This document shows, in pieces, positions 36,448 to 50,100 of a stretch of 64,000 bases of DNA. Both the position numbers and the translations under genes were made by a program. Under the pieces are notes generated by a model that was not told the origin of the DNA, did not search any database, and saw only the letters and a program-made list of their open reading frames with translations. The stretch comes from Adineta vaga (lineage: Eukaryota > Animalia > Rotifera). The stretch spans positions 8,928,001 to 8,992,000 of the forward strand of contig CP075493.1 of NCBI GenBank assembly GCA_021613535.1, read 5' to 3'. Numbering within the stretch: position 1 is the stretch's first letter; each line of letters starts with the position of its first letter.

Positions 36448-38609
36448 CTATATACCTTCATTATATTCCCTAGAAACAAAATAGAATAAATTTTATTGTT
36501 TGTAATCGTTTAGCAAATGAATACAAACCAATAGTCACATTCATATCCTTCAGTGACATGATCTAACAGTACTTTACGACGTGTACTACAATAACGATAT
36601 TTATCTTGTACTTTTTGTTTCATTTCTGTTAAATTTCCATTTGTTTGAGAAAAATCCCGTTCTAAATAACCACTTAATTCTTCTGTTGAATGTTCTAAAT
36701 CAGCTTGATTCTGTTCAAAAATAATTCTAAATAAAATACGAATAAAGATTATCGATATTCTCTACTTTCTTTTTTTTTTCTTCTTCCCAATGAACTTACG
36801 AATGATTATTTCGTTTAAGATAAAATGCAAAGGGATATGTATACATTAATGTTTGTCGACATTGTCGAAGAACATCACATGCGATTTGAAGAAATTGTAC
36901 TTCGATCCAACTCATTTGTTGTTGCATTGATTCCATACGTTTTTGTACTTGTTCTAATAGTTTATTTTCTAATCGAAGTGATTCATGATGATTATGATAA
37001 CGTTTATAATAATGAAGATAACGTTGTAAAGCTCCTCGAGAACGATCTTGATCATCACGCGCTTTCTTAGCATCATCTTCATTGAAACGATTGCAATTAT
37101 ACCATGATGAACCATGTGGTTCCCATGCACCCAAACAAACCCAACAAAATTCATATTTGCATGATTGATTTTTACAAATTAAATGATTGCAACCACCATT
37201 CTTTTCTGAAAAAATGTAATCAATAATTTTCAAGAAGATAAAAATCGATCAGATTTATAAAAAAAAAGACTTGGAAATTTGTCAATATAAATCTGCAGTT
37301 ATTTCGATGGTGTATGTGTTGCCTATTTTCAATTCCAACTTACCGATGGTAGCATGACATTTAGGACATTCTTTTGTATTAGCAGCAATCCAGTTGCTTG
37401 TTTCACTATCATCGTGACATTTTTTTTGCCATTTTTTTAGCCATTTACATTTGATTGGTTCATGCCAAGATTGTCCGCATTGAAAACAGAAAGATGTTTT
37501 ACACGATGTACAAGTAACCTGAATAAACGAAAAAACAAAAGTTGAAGTAACATTGAAAATCAATGACATTTTATCTACCATTGCTACGTCACAATAAGAT
37601 GCTTTGATGGCATTAGTACAATTTGTTCCTGGACACCACCGCATATTTCGATTACATTCTACAAATGAATTGGTTATAAGATGTTGATATTTTCGACGAA
37701 CATTAGAATCATCAATCAAACGTAAAACTGTTCTATCATCGACTAGAATGTCACATTTAGATGGACATGGTATTGTTTGTCCAATACCTTCATGCATGAT
37801 TTTATAGGTTAAATACTGTTGCCAACAAGTGATACAAAATGTATGACCACATTCAAGGCCAGCCATATTACTGATCGGTTTGGTTGAACAACAGATCAGA
37901 CATGTTTGTTCAGTTGAAGGTCTGAGTGCATTGGTTGTTGTTGTTATTGATGGTGAAGGTGAAAGTGAATTGGATGATATTTGACGACGTGTTGAACGAT
38001 GTGATGATGATGATGATGACGATGACGATGATGGTGATAGTGACGATGATATTTGAATTTGTGAAGAAGGTCGTTTAAAAGGATTAACAATATGTGCTTG
38101 TCGAAACAATTCATCTTGATGATTAGGATCATAAAAGCGTTCCATTAATTTTTCTTTGTCCCAACGAAAATGATGAAGTAACAGACGAACTGTTGTCGAC
38201 GGTAGTTTAATTACTTCATTCACTTCTTTAATACATTCCACCATATATCTAACGATATCATCTTGTGTTAATACTAAATGAAATGATTTATTCATATAAA
38301 AAAGATGAATTTATATCTACATCAGATAACCGGAAACTTACCAATATATTCAAAATTATTATCTTGTGAATGATTGTTTGTTGCATTGATATTTGTTGAA
38401 TATTTATTTCCTAACTGCTCAGATGTTCCTTTCGTATGTTTTGATACTTGTGATAATGATGCTGCTGTTGTCAATGATTGAGATGAATGTACAATTGGTT
38501 CATCAATAGGAAAAAATCCAGTATCATCATCTGATCCCTCATTTTCATCCTCTTCATCTTGATCAAGATCACTATCAGTATCTATATTGAATTGTTCATC
38601 ATCTGCCAT
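36448..38609 (-). CDS. ARIH1: Ariadne-1 RBR E3 ubiquitin ligase, multi-exon
   Basis: Acidic N-terminus; [16 protein letters not shown]; RING1, IBR; [23 protein letters not shown]|EKNGGCNH; Ariadne domain [13 protein letters not shown]; ends YWEYNEGI*. Confidence 0.95.
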
Positions 38610-39023
38610 GATATGATATTCTTTCAACGAGAACAATTCGTGCAGATTATACTCTAGTTGATATGACAACTAACAAAAATAAATAATCGATCGAGAAAAA
38701 TGTCTTCACAATATATTTTTCAATCTATCAATCATATGATATCTGCCATTTTAGTTGTTCATCTTGAGGCAGAGGTTTCTATCAAGTCCATTTCAAATTT
38801 TAATCCACGGAAAAATATTAAATTTAACTACATTATAAAAAATTTTCAAGAAGATATTCAAAAGAAATTTCGTATAATCATTACTACCGCCATCTGTAAA
38901 TATTTTCATTGGTGAATTTCTTTCTCCATTCTACAAGACATAGAATAACTTCTTTTCTCTTTTTTTTCTGTTTGTACATTTTAAATTGATAAAAAAAAAC
39001 GAACAGAGAAGAACTTTCAAATC

Positions 39024-40535
39024 ATGTCCTTATCATCGAAAGATACTAATCTCATTTTAAATTTTCTTAATGAAGATACATGTGGTTCATCATTAACATT
39101 TGAACAAATCTCTGCTCAATTTCAACATAATATATCGAAATCTGATTATTTACGTGTGGGTAATGCTTTATTACTTTTATTACAAAATCGGGATTTAATT
39201 CCGACTCCACAACAACGTCTCATTATTCTTTTTCTTTTCAATGATATGTACAAAAGTGAACAACAATCAATACATCTTAATCCATTTGCACCCGTATTTA
39301 TATCAATTTTACAACATGCAAACGGAGAAAATTTATCAACACAAAAACATTTCCATTGGTTTATATCACCTGTTACATTACATGAACGATGGTTCGTTAA
39401 AACATTAATCAATAATAGTAATAATCTTAAAGATTTAATAAAAAAAACTCCAAATCAAATATTACAAGCAGGATTACCATCAGTAGATAATGAGCATGGA
39501 AAAGAAGAATTGAAAGATAAGATTCAAGAACGTTTACAACAATTACCTGTACTTGTTCAATGTCATTTACCAGCTGTTATTGATGATCCAGAAATAAATC
39601 ATGTATGTTTCATTGATATTCTTCGGAAATCATGGATTGCTCATCTATCAAGCATTGAATAGTATTCATCGTTTTGCATTTTATTCTAGTATGGATTTGA
39701 TAATCTCATTAATGGTCCACGTCAACGTTCGAATGATAGTCGACAAACCATCGAACGTTTATTGTCAAGTAATGCTATGGAACAAACGATTCGTCCAGAA
39801 TTTCTTCGTCTTGTTCCTCCATTACATGAATGTAGTATAGATGAATTTGTTTGGCTTTTACCAATTGATCATGATCCATCCTTATTTACATGGGATTCGA
39901 CAATGTGTATAACTAATACAACCAATTATGAAATTCGACAATTGATGGAAAAAGCTTTCCAAGGCGCACTAAATTTACAACAACAACAAAAACTATTAGA
40001 TGAACTTGATAATGATCCAAATCTTGTTTATCATATTGGTCTTGTTCCATCAAAATTACCTATTCTAGTAGAAAATAGTCCATTGATAAGTATTCAATGT
40101 TTATTAAAATTAATGTCATCAAATCAGATGCCTGAATATTTATCATCATTGCTCAATATGGATATGAGTTTACATTCCATGGAAGTTGTCAATCGTTTAT
40201 CAACATCAATGGAATTACCACAAGAATTTCTACAACTTTATATTTCAACATGTACGAAAACATGTGAAGAAACTAAAGATAAATATCTTCAAAATCGTTT
40301 CGTTCGTCTTGTTAGTGTTTTTATTCAATCATTAATACGTAACAAAGTTATTGATATAAAAGATCTTTTCTTGGATATTCAAGGTTTTTGTATTAATTTT
40401 CGTCATATACGAGAAGCAGGTGCACTTTTTCAACTTGTCAAATCCTTTGAACATCGAAATAATGAAACTAATGAAACAATAGCTCCATCATCGCCACCGA
40501 CAACGACATCACTTTTGACAGCCAATGATGAATGA
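39024..40535 (+). CDS. CNOT11: CCR4-NOT subunit 11 (C2orf29), 2 exons
   Basis: NPFAPVF, RPEFLRLVPPL, KLPILVENSPLI, MSLHSMEVVNRL, QNRFVRLVSVFIQSLIRNK, FCINFRHIREA. Confidence 0.93.
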
Positions 40536-40649
40536 TATATGTATATAGATATTTTCCGTCTCTTCTCTTCTCTCCTATTTTTCACCTGTTCAATATAGTA
40601 AAATCTTGTTGATGTTGTTGTTTGTTATGTTAGAAAAATATCATCTTTC

Positions 40650-40650
<1 letters not shown>

Positions 40651-40680
<30 letters not shown>

Positions 40681-40683
40681 CTT
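40651..40683. repeat. (CTT)n microsatellite downstream of CNOT11
   Basis: 11 tandem CTT units. Confidence 0.9.
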
Positions 40684-42109
40684 TTGATATTCATATATAT
40701 GCTACAGTGATATCAAGTGATTGTTAACTAGTTATATTGTTTCTAATTTTAGATTATTTTTCTCTAGATTTTACTAATTAATCCAGAGGAATTAGTTTTG
40801 TTAAAAACTAACCCTCCTTTTTAATTACCATCATCTGTAAGTTCATTTTGCCAGATTGTATCTATCGATCGAATAAGTATACTTAAAACTACCTTGATGA
40901 TTTATATTATGTCAAGTTTTCAAGATATTGACATGTACTTACAAGTATAGAATCAAATATTACGAAAAATAAATAGTAGTTTTCCTTTTTTCCTATATAA
41001 ATCGATCAACGTCATTTCCCCATCATCCCTCTCAATGTACTGACGATGATTCATCGTCTTTTGCTATCCTTTTATGCTCAGCCTTGATCCATACACGTTG
41101 ACTCATATGAACATATTCTTTCTTTGTATTTATTTAAAATAAAATTTTATATCCTAGTTGTTTCCTTTGTTTCAGATTATGATCAATGACAAAACATTAA
41201 TTACAATGGATGGTCGAAACGTTGTCTTTAGTGTTGTGCAAGACAGGTACGTTATTCTATTAGTTTTTAACACTCATCGAACCATTGTTTCAATAGAAAC
41301 GAATAAAAATCGATATTCCTCCCCACTTAAATGATACACATGAAGTTATTTATATCGAGGACTGTAACAGACGATCAGATAATATTCATATCATTGTCTT
41401 ATTTTAGTTTAGATTCGATTTGATGTAATATAAGTATTTTTTTACATGAATCATAGAGCAAACATGACGACAACACCCATGTAGAAAGCCTGACGCAAAT
41501 TTCATCATCGACATTTGTTTTGTTCTATTTTTTTTGCTATGTGTATGTGTCATTAATCATCGACGAAGGGAAGTAAAAAGAGAACGTATAATGTAAAAAC
41601 GCGACGAAAAAAATTTGTGCGTCATCGTCCTCCAAATTTCTTTTTTTTTCTTTCTTTTCTATCCGCCTCCTCGCCAGCTAAGTAAGAGAACAATCAGGGA
41701 CGCGAAGGCAAAGCAATCGCAAAAACGACGAATGCATATGTGGTATGTGTGTGTGTGTGTAAGTTGTTAAGGAGTATGTTTCATATGCACAACTATGACT
41801 CTATTTAGTACTTTTTTCTCCTATCTAAAATACTTTGCGTTCTGGTGATATGACTCTGATTCAACGGGCGGTAAGCAGACTGACTAATGTCTTCGCCTCG
41901 TGGAATGAGAAAATCGATGTGTTCTTTTTTTTGTCATTCTTTATAGCATATGAAAGAGTTTTTCCTCAAGTGTTATCGTTTCCTTTCCATGTTTGGTTCC
42001 GTCTGGCATCTGTTTCTCTCTTAGAAGACAAAGAAAACTTCATAGTAGAATATTTCTTGTTATTTCATTTAGATCTAAGATACAAACATTGACTCCAACT
42101 CTTTTCAAA

Positions 42110-43469
42110 ATGTCAACTCAACAACAACAACAACAACCTACCGCAGAAAAAAGTGTTCAAACACAAGATTCATCGGGATCAACAACATTATTGGTGACCA
42201 ACAATCCTGTTACACATATTCATACCGAAAATACAACTGCAGAAGTTGCCAATACACTTGTATCAATGGCTACTGGACGACAACGGGCTACAACTGTTAA
42301 ACAAATAGTAAGTTTAAAAATCATTGTATCTTATGTTGATAAATCTTTTCTTCGTCAAGAATGTCATAAGTGTTCCAAATCAAACAAATTTACCAATATT
42401 AACTCTGGCAGATTATACCACGGCTCGAGGTGTACCTACTGCTATGGCTTTAGCTAATCAAGCAAAACTTACTCCAACCCAAAATGACGGAATGCTAGAT
42501 GGTGATGAAATGAATAATGATGAAGCATCCATGTCTACAGATGATTATAATCAAAGTCAAAATGAATTAAAAAGTCCAACAAAGTCAAGACGAGGAAAAT
42601 CGAATAGATTATCAAAACTTCAACAACAACAAAGTGCTGAAGCTATTCAATATGGACCAATCGTGGTTAAACCAAGAAAAAGTGTAGCACCTACACTGGC
42701 TAATGGACGAAAGAGCAAGGATCAACCTGTATGTATTTATATTCAAGTTTTTATTTTATTTTGATTGTATCTTTTCGTTCTTTTGAAGCTTCCCCCTGAA
42801 GAAGAAATGAAACGTAAAGAACGTCGTGATCGAAATAAACAAGCAGCTGCAAAATGTCGTCGAAATCGTAATAATCTTCGTGAAGAACTAGAAGCGGTAT
42901 GTGAACATCTCGAAACTTCTTTCTTAATTGTTTTGTCATTCTTTTTCTATATTAAAATCACTTAGGCTGAACAAGATTTATTCAATGAACAACAAAATCT
43001 TGAACGTACCGTGCAAACATTGAATGATAAAAAAAATCAATTAGAAATGATGTTACATCGTCATCCTTGTTCGAAGAGGGCCCGTTTGCCCATCAGTACA
43101 ACAACTTCTGCGACATTAAATATGGCAAAACCTGAATTTAAAACATATTCAACAGGAACCCTATTAGATTCAAATAATAATGGTAACAATAAACGTGTTA
43201 CTATTAATTTTACTAATGCACAAGATTTACTTGCCGTAGCACCACTAACACGTATTACACCAACATTAACAACTACTGATGGTTCATCATCAAACGTACC
43301 GATGATAACTATTCATATTATTCCTGAAGTTGCCCAAGCATTACTAGGTTCAACATCTGTTGATAGAGCAAAATTAGTTGAATTATTACAACAAGCTAAT
43401 GCAAATAACTCATCTTCAACAACATCAGATTCAACTACCAAAAATACTTCTTCGAACAGTACTAGTTGA
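42110..43469 (+). CDS. Fos/ATF3-like bZIP transcription factor, 4 exons
   Basis: Basic region [27 protein letters not shown], then heptad leucines ending [10 protein letters not shown] (Fos/ATF3-type H..C). Confidence 0.8.
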
Positions 43470-44156
43470 TTCTATTGTCAATATATACATATGTAGATCC
43501 ATTTTTTTACCGTGTTCAGTCCGTTCGACTTGGAAAGCAACAAATACTATGTATTTCGAATGCAATTAGTACGATTATCTAAGTTCAAGCAAAACGTTTT
43601 CTTGTATAAAGTATGATGATTACTCTCTCGCGCTCTCTCTCTCTTTCTTTTTGGTTTTTCTTCTACAAAGAAAAGATGTTTGTCTTTACTGATTTTGTTT
43701 TCTTCTATTTGTTGTATATGTGTATGTGCGTGCGTGTATATGTATTGGTTCCATGCATATTTTTCGAACTTGATTAGTACTGAAGAAAAAAACAACAAAG
43801 TTTCTTTTCTCAAATGAATAAGACACAACTTTGGTTTCTGAAATGGAAATAGATAACAACAACAATTGATGGATATAGTTGCTTTTTGTTTTTTGCTTTA
43901 GAAATAAATAGTGCTGTTGAAAGAATATGACAACAACGGAGAACAATACGACTAACAGGTAAGTTTATAAATAAGAAATCAATGAAACATTCAAAGTTAA
44001 CAGCAAATTAACAATGAAGAAACGTTCAGACTGATTTGACATAGTGAATTTCTTTTCAAAGCATCAATTCTTGTTGGTGACTAATAAATAAAATGAATAA
44101 ATTATGAACGATTCAATCTAACACAATCCAAAAATTGTTACATTTCATTTAGCACA

Positions 44157-47100
44157 ATGAATCCTTGTCCTCCAACTGATAATGTGGAATTTGGTCGTAA
44201 TACAATGTGCCATTTTTTATCATCATTCTTTCGAAGTCTGACTCGAGGTTTGACAAATACATAAAATGTTCTTTCTCTTTTTATCACTACATCTATATAA
44301 TTTCATAGTAACCGATGTTCAGCAAGAAAAATTTTTTAATTCAATCAATCAAATCGTTATCAATACACCGAGTGTCTTTGTTACTGATGCTGATAAACAA
44401 CATACACTTGATGATATTCGAACAACAAATTCTTATAGTAATAAATTCTCTCAAATTCATTTAATGACATGATTATTTTTGTTTTTGATTTGATATAGAT
44501 TTTGATGTTTATATAGTTTCATTACTTGTTTGGACATTATCATCAAAGAAATTTACTTCTATACAAGAAAATACAATCGGTGTTCTTGCTAATCTCTATG
44601 GTGAATTATCACTTCGTTGGCCAGCTCTCTTTCGAATATTTATAAATGAATTAATTGATACGCTTAATGGTTTGTTCATTACGTATTCCTTTACCTTTTA
44701 TTACATTTTCTATATCATTTTCTATTAGATACAATAAAATATGATGTGGAATTTATTGAAGAAGGAATTCATCAACCAAAACGACTCTATCGTTTTCTTG
44801 TTCCTGAACAAGTTGGTACATCATTTTCAAATAATGTTACTATCGAACGATGTGCCATTGAATTTAATTGTTCTGATGATATTAGTAGATTTCAATTAAA
44901 TTTAATGTAAATATTTGAAGCTATCAAAATTTTTTTTTGCAAGAAAAAATCATTTTTCTTTTCATTTTCATAGTTCTGTACTTAAACATCTTGCCAGTAC
45001 ACTTTCAACATTATCAGATCGACAAACAATCTCACAATTAATTGGAACAATATGTGAATTAATACGAACTTCAGATATACATGTGAAATCGGTTTGTTGA
45101 TCAAAAAATTTGTTTTACAACTATTTAAACAATGTATTTTCAGGTCACATGTGCATTCTTCTCATCTTTTATCCAATATCGTTCATTGGGATTACTATTT
45201 ACTGATCTAACATCTTATGTTCATTTTTCCATTTCGGATATTCTCTTAACTATTATGAATTTTATTCATACAGAACCTAAGTAAATTAGTTTCATTTTTA
45301 TATTAAACTGTATCTTATTCTTTTTTTTTGTAGACATTCAATTCAACTTGAACATGATTTTTCACATTTAATTCATACAATTTGTCAAAATCATGATGAA
45401 GCAATCAACTTTTTTACTGAACATATTGGTTTTGTTATACCTCGATTAAAAGATCTACTCATGCATATTAGTATAGCAAGTAAAGCAGATATTGAATTTC
45501 AAATGAACAATAGACCATTAAGACTTTTTGGTGAAATTCAAACTGAAATCTATCTCGAACAATTTTGCATATGGTTATCAATCTTATTTGAATGTGGACA
45601 AAGAGATGTTGGAACTAGTTCAGTATTGGTTATACATGCCTATGAAATTATCGAACATTTATTAGTAAATCTAGATGAATGTCTATTAGCTAAAGTATGC
45701 ATTGAAATAAGTTTGATTGACTGATATCTATCGTATTTGTTTTAGTATTTAAATCATGCATTAAGTAAAGGTATTATTTGGTTAATTCAAGAGAAAAATC
45801 GAGCTTCACAACAATCATTTCGGTAAGTTTTTGTACTGAATTAGTATAATTTTATTTGCTTGATTAGAATACGACGAATACGCTTATTGAAAACAATATG
45901 GCAACATTTGAAAACGACATTAGAAAAGAGTACATTTAATAATGAAGAGGTTTGATCTGTTCATTGAAAGAGAATAGAACGTAATAATAAATTCTAGGAT
46001 GCTTTACAACGTGTTTTTAATGTTTACTGTTTGATAACTTCTGTTTGTCAAGCATTTATTGGATGTCAGATACGTCAAATTCAATTAGAAGGAAAAGAAG
46101 AAAATGATTTTTATACAACTTGGTTAACAATAGATGAAATCAATTCAGTTTATGGCTATCTTATTAATACACTTGTATATCTTGTCAATAGTGTTACAAT
46201 TGGATTATTTTCTCTCGCTTATGAATATGTTCTCGCTACCATAGTAGCCACATCAGTTTATATTTCAGGTATTCGTTATTTTCGAAACATTTTTTTTTGT
46301 TAACTCTGACATTGAGTAAATCATGATTGTATTATTTAGATCAATTAGATCCTCGTTTACGTGAAGATATTCTATCAATTCTATGTCTCTCTTGGTTATC
46401 ATCACTCTCCAATTGGTACGATTTTCAACCGATGACAAATACATGTAAAATAACTCAACAACTTGCTCAAACATTTCAATCGAAATTTAATCAACATGAT
46501 CGATTAATATCATTGAAATGTTTAGCATTATTTAATGCACAATTCTATCCACAATTACGTCTACATATTTTCTCGCTATGTCTTCATGATTCTGATATCA
46601 ATACACAATTAATGGCATTGAAAGTTTTACCATTGATGCATTATAATCTACAAACAACTTCTTTCTTATCGATATTCTATACAAAATATTGTTCCAAAGA
46701 TCTTGACGAACGACTTCGACCTATTGTTATGGATATTTGGCGTCGACATCGATGTTTATTTGATACGGAAACAAATACAGTTCAATTAAAAGTAAATGAA
46801 AAGAAAGGAAAAGATTTTTTTATCAATTCTTTCTTTTAGATTCATGATCATTTCAATCAAACAATTTTTCCATCATTTGAACTCATGTGTATTTCTTGCT
46901 CACCAATGAATGATCTTTGTTACATTCGTACACGTTCATCGATTATGACTTTTCAATTAACAACATTTTCTCTATCAAATATTCTTCCAATCTTTCATCT
47001 ATTTAATCAAACAACGATTCCATGTAATTATCTTTCTTTAATTCATTTTTTTCAAACATTCGATTCACATCCATCGTTTATACGTCCTCTTCATGATACG

Positions 47101-50100
47101 GACGAAGATTTCCGTCAATTAAAATCTCTTTTTAATTCGTATCTCAATAAAAATAATCAAGAACGTTTATGTCTATTATCCATAATGCCATATTTATTCA
47201 AAACAATCTTCATATCGAACCATCGTCAATGGGATAATTCACTAAATGATCATCTTGATCAATTCTTATTTGATACATTAACACAATTGAATAATGATGC
47301 TATTCGACAATCGACTCATCAACATGATGATGATTACAGTCGTTTAATACATCTTTGTGGTTTAATTGCACGACGTACATGTAATGAAGATATATTTGTC
47401 TTCGTATTATTTATATTAATCAATGGTCTAGCAACATCATTTCAACATACAGCACAAATTGAATTAATGAATATTGCCAAAGATGAATATTTACAAAATC
47501 AGACGAAATTTGACTTGACTATAAATAAAAATCTTATCACTCTTCATGAAAAAATTGATTTAACATCGATTGTTCAACAACATACCGATAGTTTATATCG
47601 TCTTATATCACAATCATTATTATTGAATTCTGAACAACCATCAGATATATGTTTACGTCATTTACATTTATTATTTAGTATGATGCAACATAATGGAAGT
47701 TCATTTAATACATATTTAAAACGTATTCTTCCGGATTTATTACCATGGATTGTTGAAGAACGTTCATTAAATGCTAGTCGAGTTGTTCAACATATTCGAA
47801 CGGCAGTTAAAATGTCCAAGAAAAAAGTCATTTTCGATGCGTTTCCAGCCATATATTCACATGTTTGGCGTCATGTACGTCTTAGTAATATCAATAATAA
47901 TAATGGTGATTATTCTGTTCATCGTATTTATGAAGTAAATGAATTTATTGAACAAGAAGCTGGAGCTGATTTAGCAGCTGTATTTCGATTTGGTGGTCCA
48001 CCTATCTTTAGTAAATTATTACTCTATATTAGTACACATCCTGAACATGTTATGAAAGGTTTACAAATGGCAGTTGGTATCTTAGATGGTGTTACATTAC
48101 CAGTAGATAAAGATTATTCACATGTTGTTTCAAAAGAATGTGTTTTTAAAGCATTACAATCGAAATTATTAGGAATTCTATGTGATTTTGAAACAGAATT
48201 ATTATCAAATAGTACACCATTACATTCGAAAAAACGAGTTCTATTAAGTTTAACAGAAGTATTGAAAATTATGGGTAAATGTTAAGTTTTGTATATTTAC
48301 AATTCATATTTCGTGTTTTGGTTCTTTTTTTCTCTTCTTAGAACCTGCACAGATTGTTGCAACTCGTGTAAAACTTCTTCGATCACTTCGTTTAGCACTT
48401 CAATGTTCATCTGATTTAAGTTTAATTGTTTTTAATCTTTGGAAAGAATTTATACGTCATTTAAGTACAAATCTTGATATACTTTCTTCAATGATTCTAC
48501 AATTAATTGCATCATTATTACCATTCTATGAAATCAATGCTGAACATTTTCAAGAATTAGTTCTTCTTATGTTAAGTCATATAACGAATAATCAAATTGC
48601 ACTCATTACAGATGATCTTTTATTAATTCCACAAATGAATCAAATGGAAAAAATCAAAATGAAATTACTTAAATGTAAAAAACAACATACCGAACTTGAA
48701 AATAATCAAACAAAATTGAAAACTGATGAACGTTCATTATTAGAAAATAAATTTCAGCGTTTAATAACACTTTTAAATTTTGATATGGTTGATATTCGAA
48801 TTCATGCATTGAATAGTTTACAAAATCTTTTGAAAACAAATCGTCCATATCTTTTACAAATGTGTTTGTCACGTGATACAGTTCCATCAATAATTACACG
48901 ATTGATTTTAACATTACTTGAACGTTCAAATGATTCCAATCTAAATATACGCGTCACAGCAATTGATTGTCTTGGAGAAATAGGAGCAATTGATCCTGGT
49001 CGAATAGAATTTCGTAAATTATATTCGAAAATTGCGACATCAACATCATTAATTAATCGTTTATTATCAAATTCAAATTCAGAAATCAATACAGATGATC
49101 TTAAACGTTGTTATTTCAATTTATATTCTCAAGAATTTGCATTAGAATTATTTGCTGAATTAACACGAGCTTTTCTTGCTGCTGATCAAGTTCGACAACA
49201 GGATACGATATCTTATGCTATACAAGAATGTTTAAAATTCTATAATTTAAATCTATCCGATGATAATGAAAAAGTCAAAATCAATCAACAATTATGGTCT
49301 AAATTAAATCAAGAACAACAAGATTTATTTAAACCATTACGAACATCAAAATATGTTCTAACTGATGAGACAAATTTAAATAAAAACAAATCACAAGAAG
49401 CTATTTTAAAACAATTATCCATCAAAACATATGAACAATGGTTAACACAATATGTACCTTATTTAATTCAACATTTACCAAATAATAATTATTATCATTT
49501 ATTTCATTCTTGTCTATTTGCAGTGAGATTTAATAGTTCCATTGGTTCATTTCTATTACCTTATATTATTCTTCATTTAATTGGCGAAAATTTAAGTCAA
49601 GAAGTATTAGATAAAGAAATTAAAGCATTAATATCTTTCACGAATCAATATGATTCTAATGAAGCAAATCCACCTTCGGATGTTCTTCATCAAATAGCTC
49701 AAATTATATTTACATTAATCGATTTTCTTCTCTTATTTTCTTCTTTAAATACAATTGATCCAAATGAACAATCTAAACAAGGTAATCAACGTAAACGTCA
49801 ACAAGCACAACAAGTTCAACAACCAGCAAATCCTGATCCATTAAATATACAAGATGGAACTTGGAACAATTTAGGTATTATTCGTGTGCGGGATTATATT
49901 CGTTTATTACATACAGATCTATCTCTTGCTCGTATTGCTTTTAAATATGATCATTATACACGTGCCTATCGTCATTTTGAAATGTATTCATCGATGGATC
50001 AACAAATTAATGTTTCACTTTATAGTGAATTTCTTCTAAAACTTTTTCATCGTTTAAATGATCAAGATTCAGCTTATGGAATTATTGGTATACGTGATAT

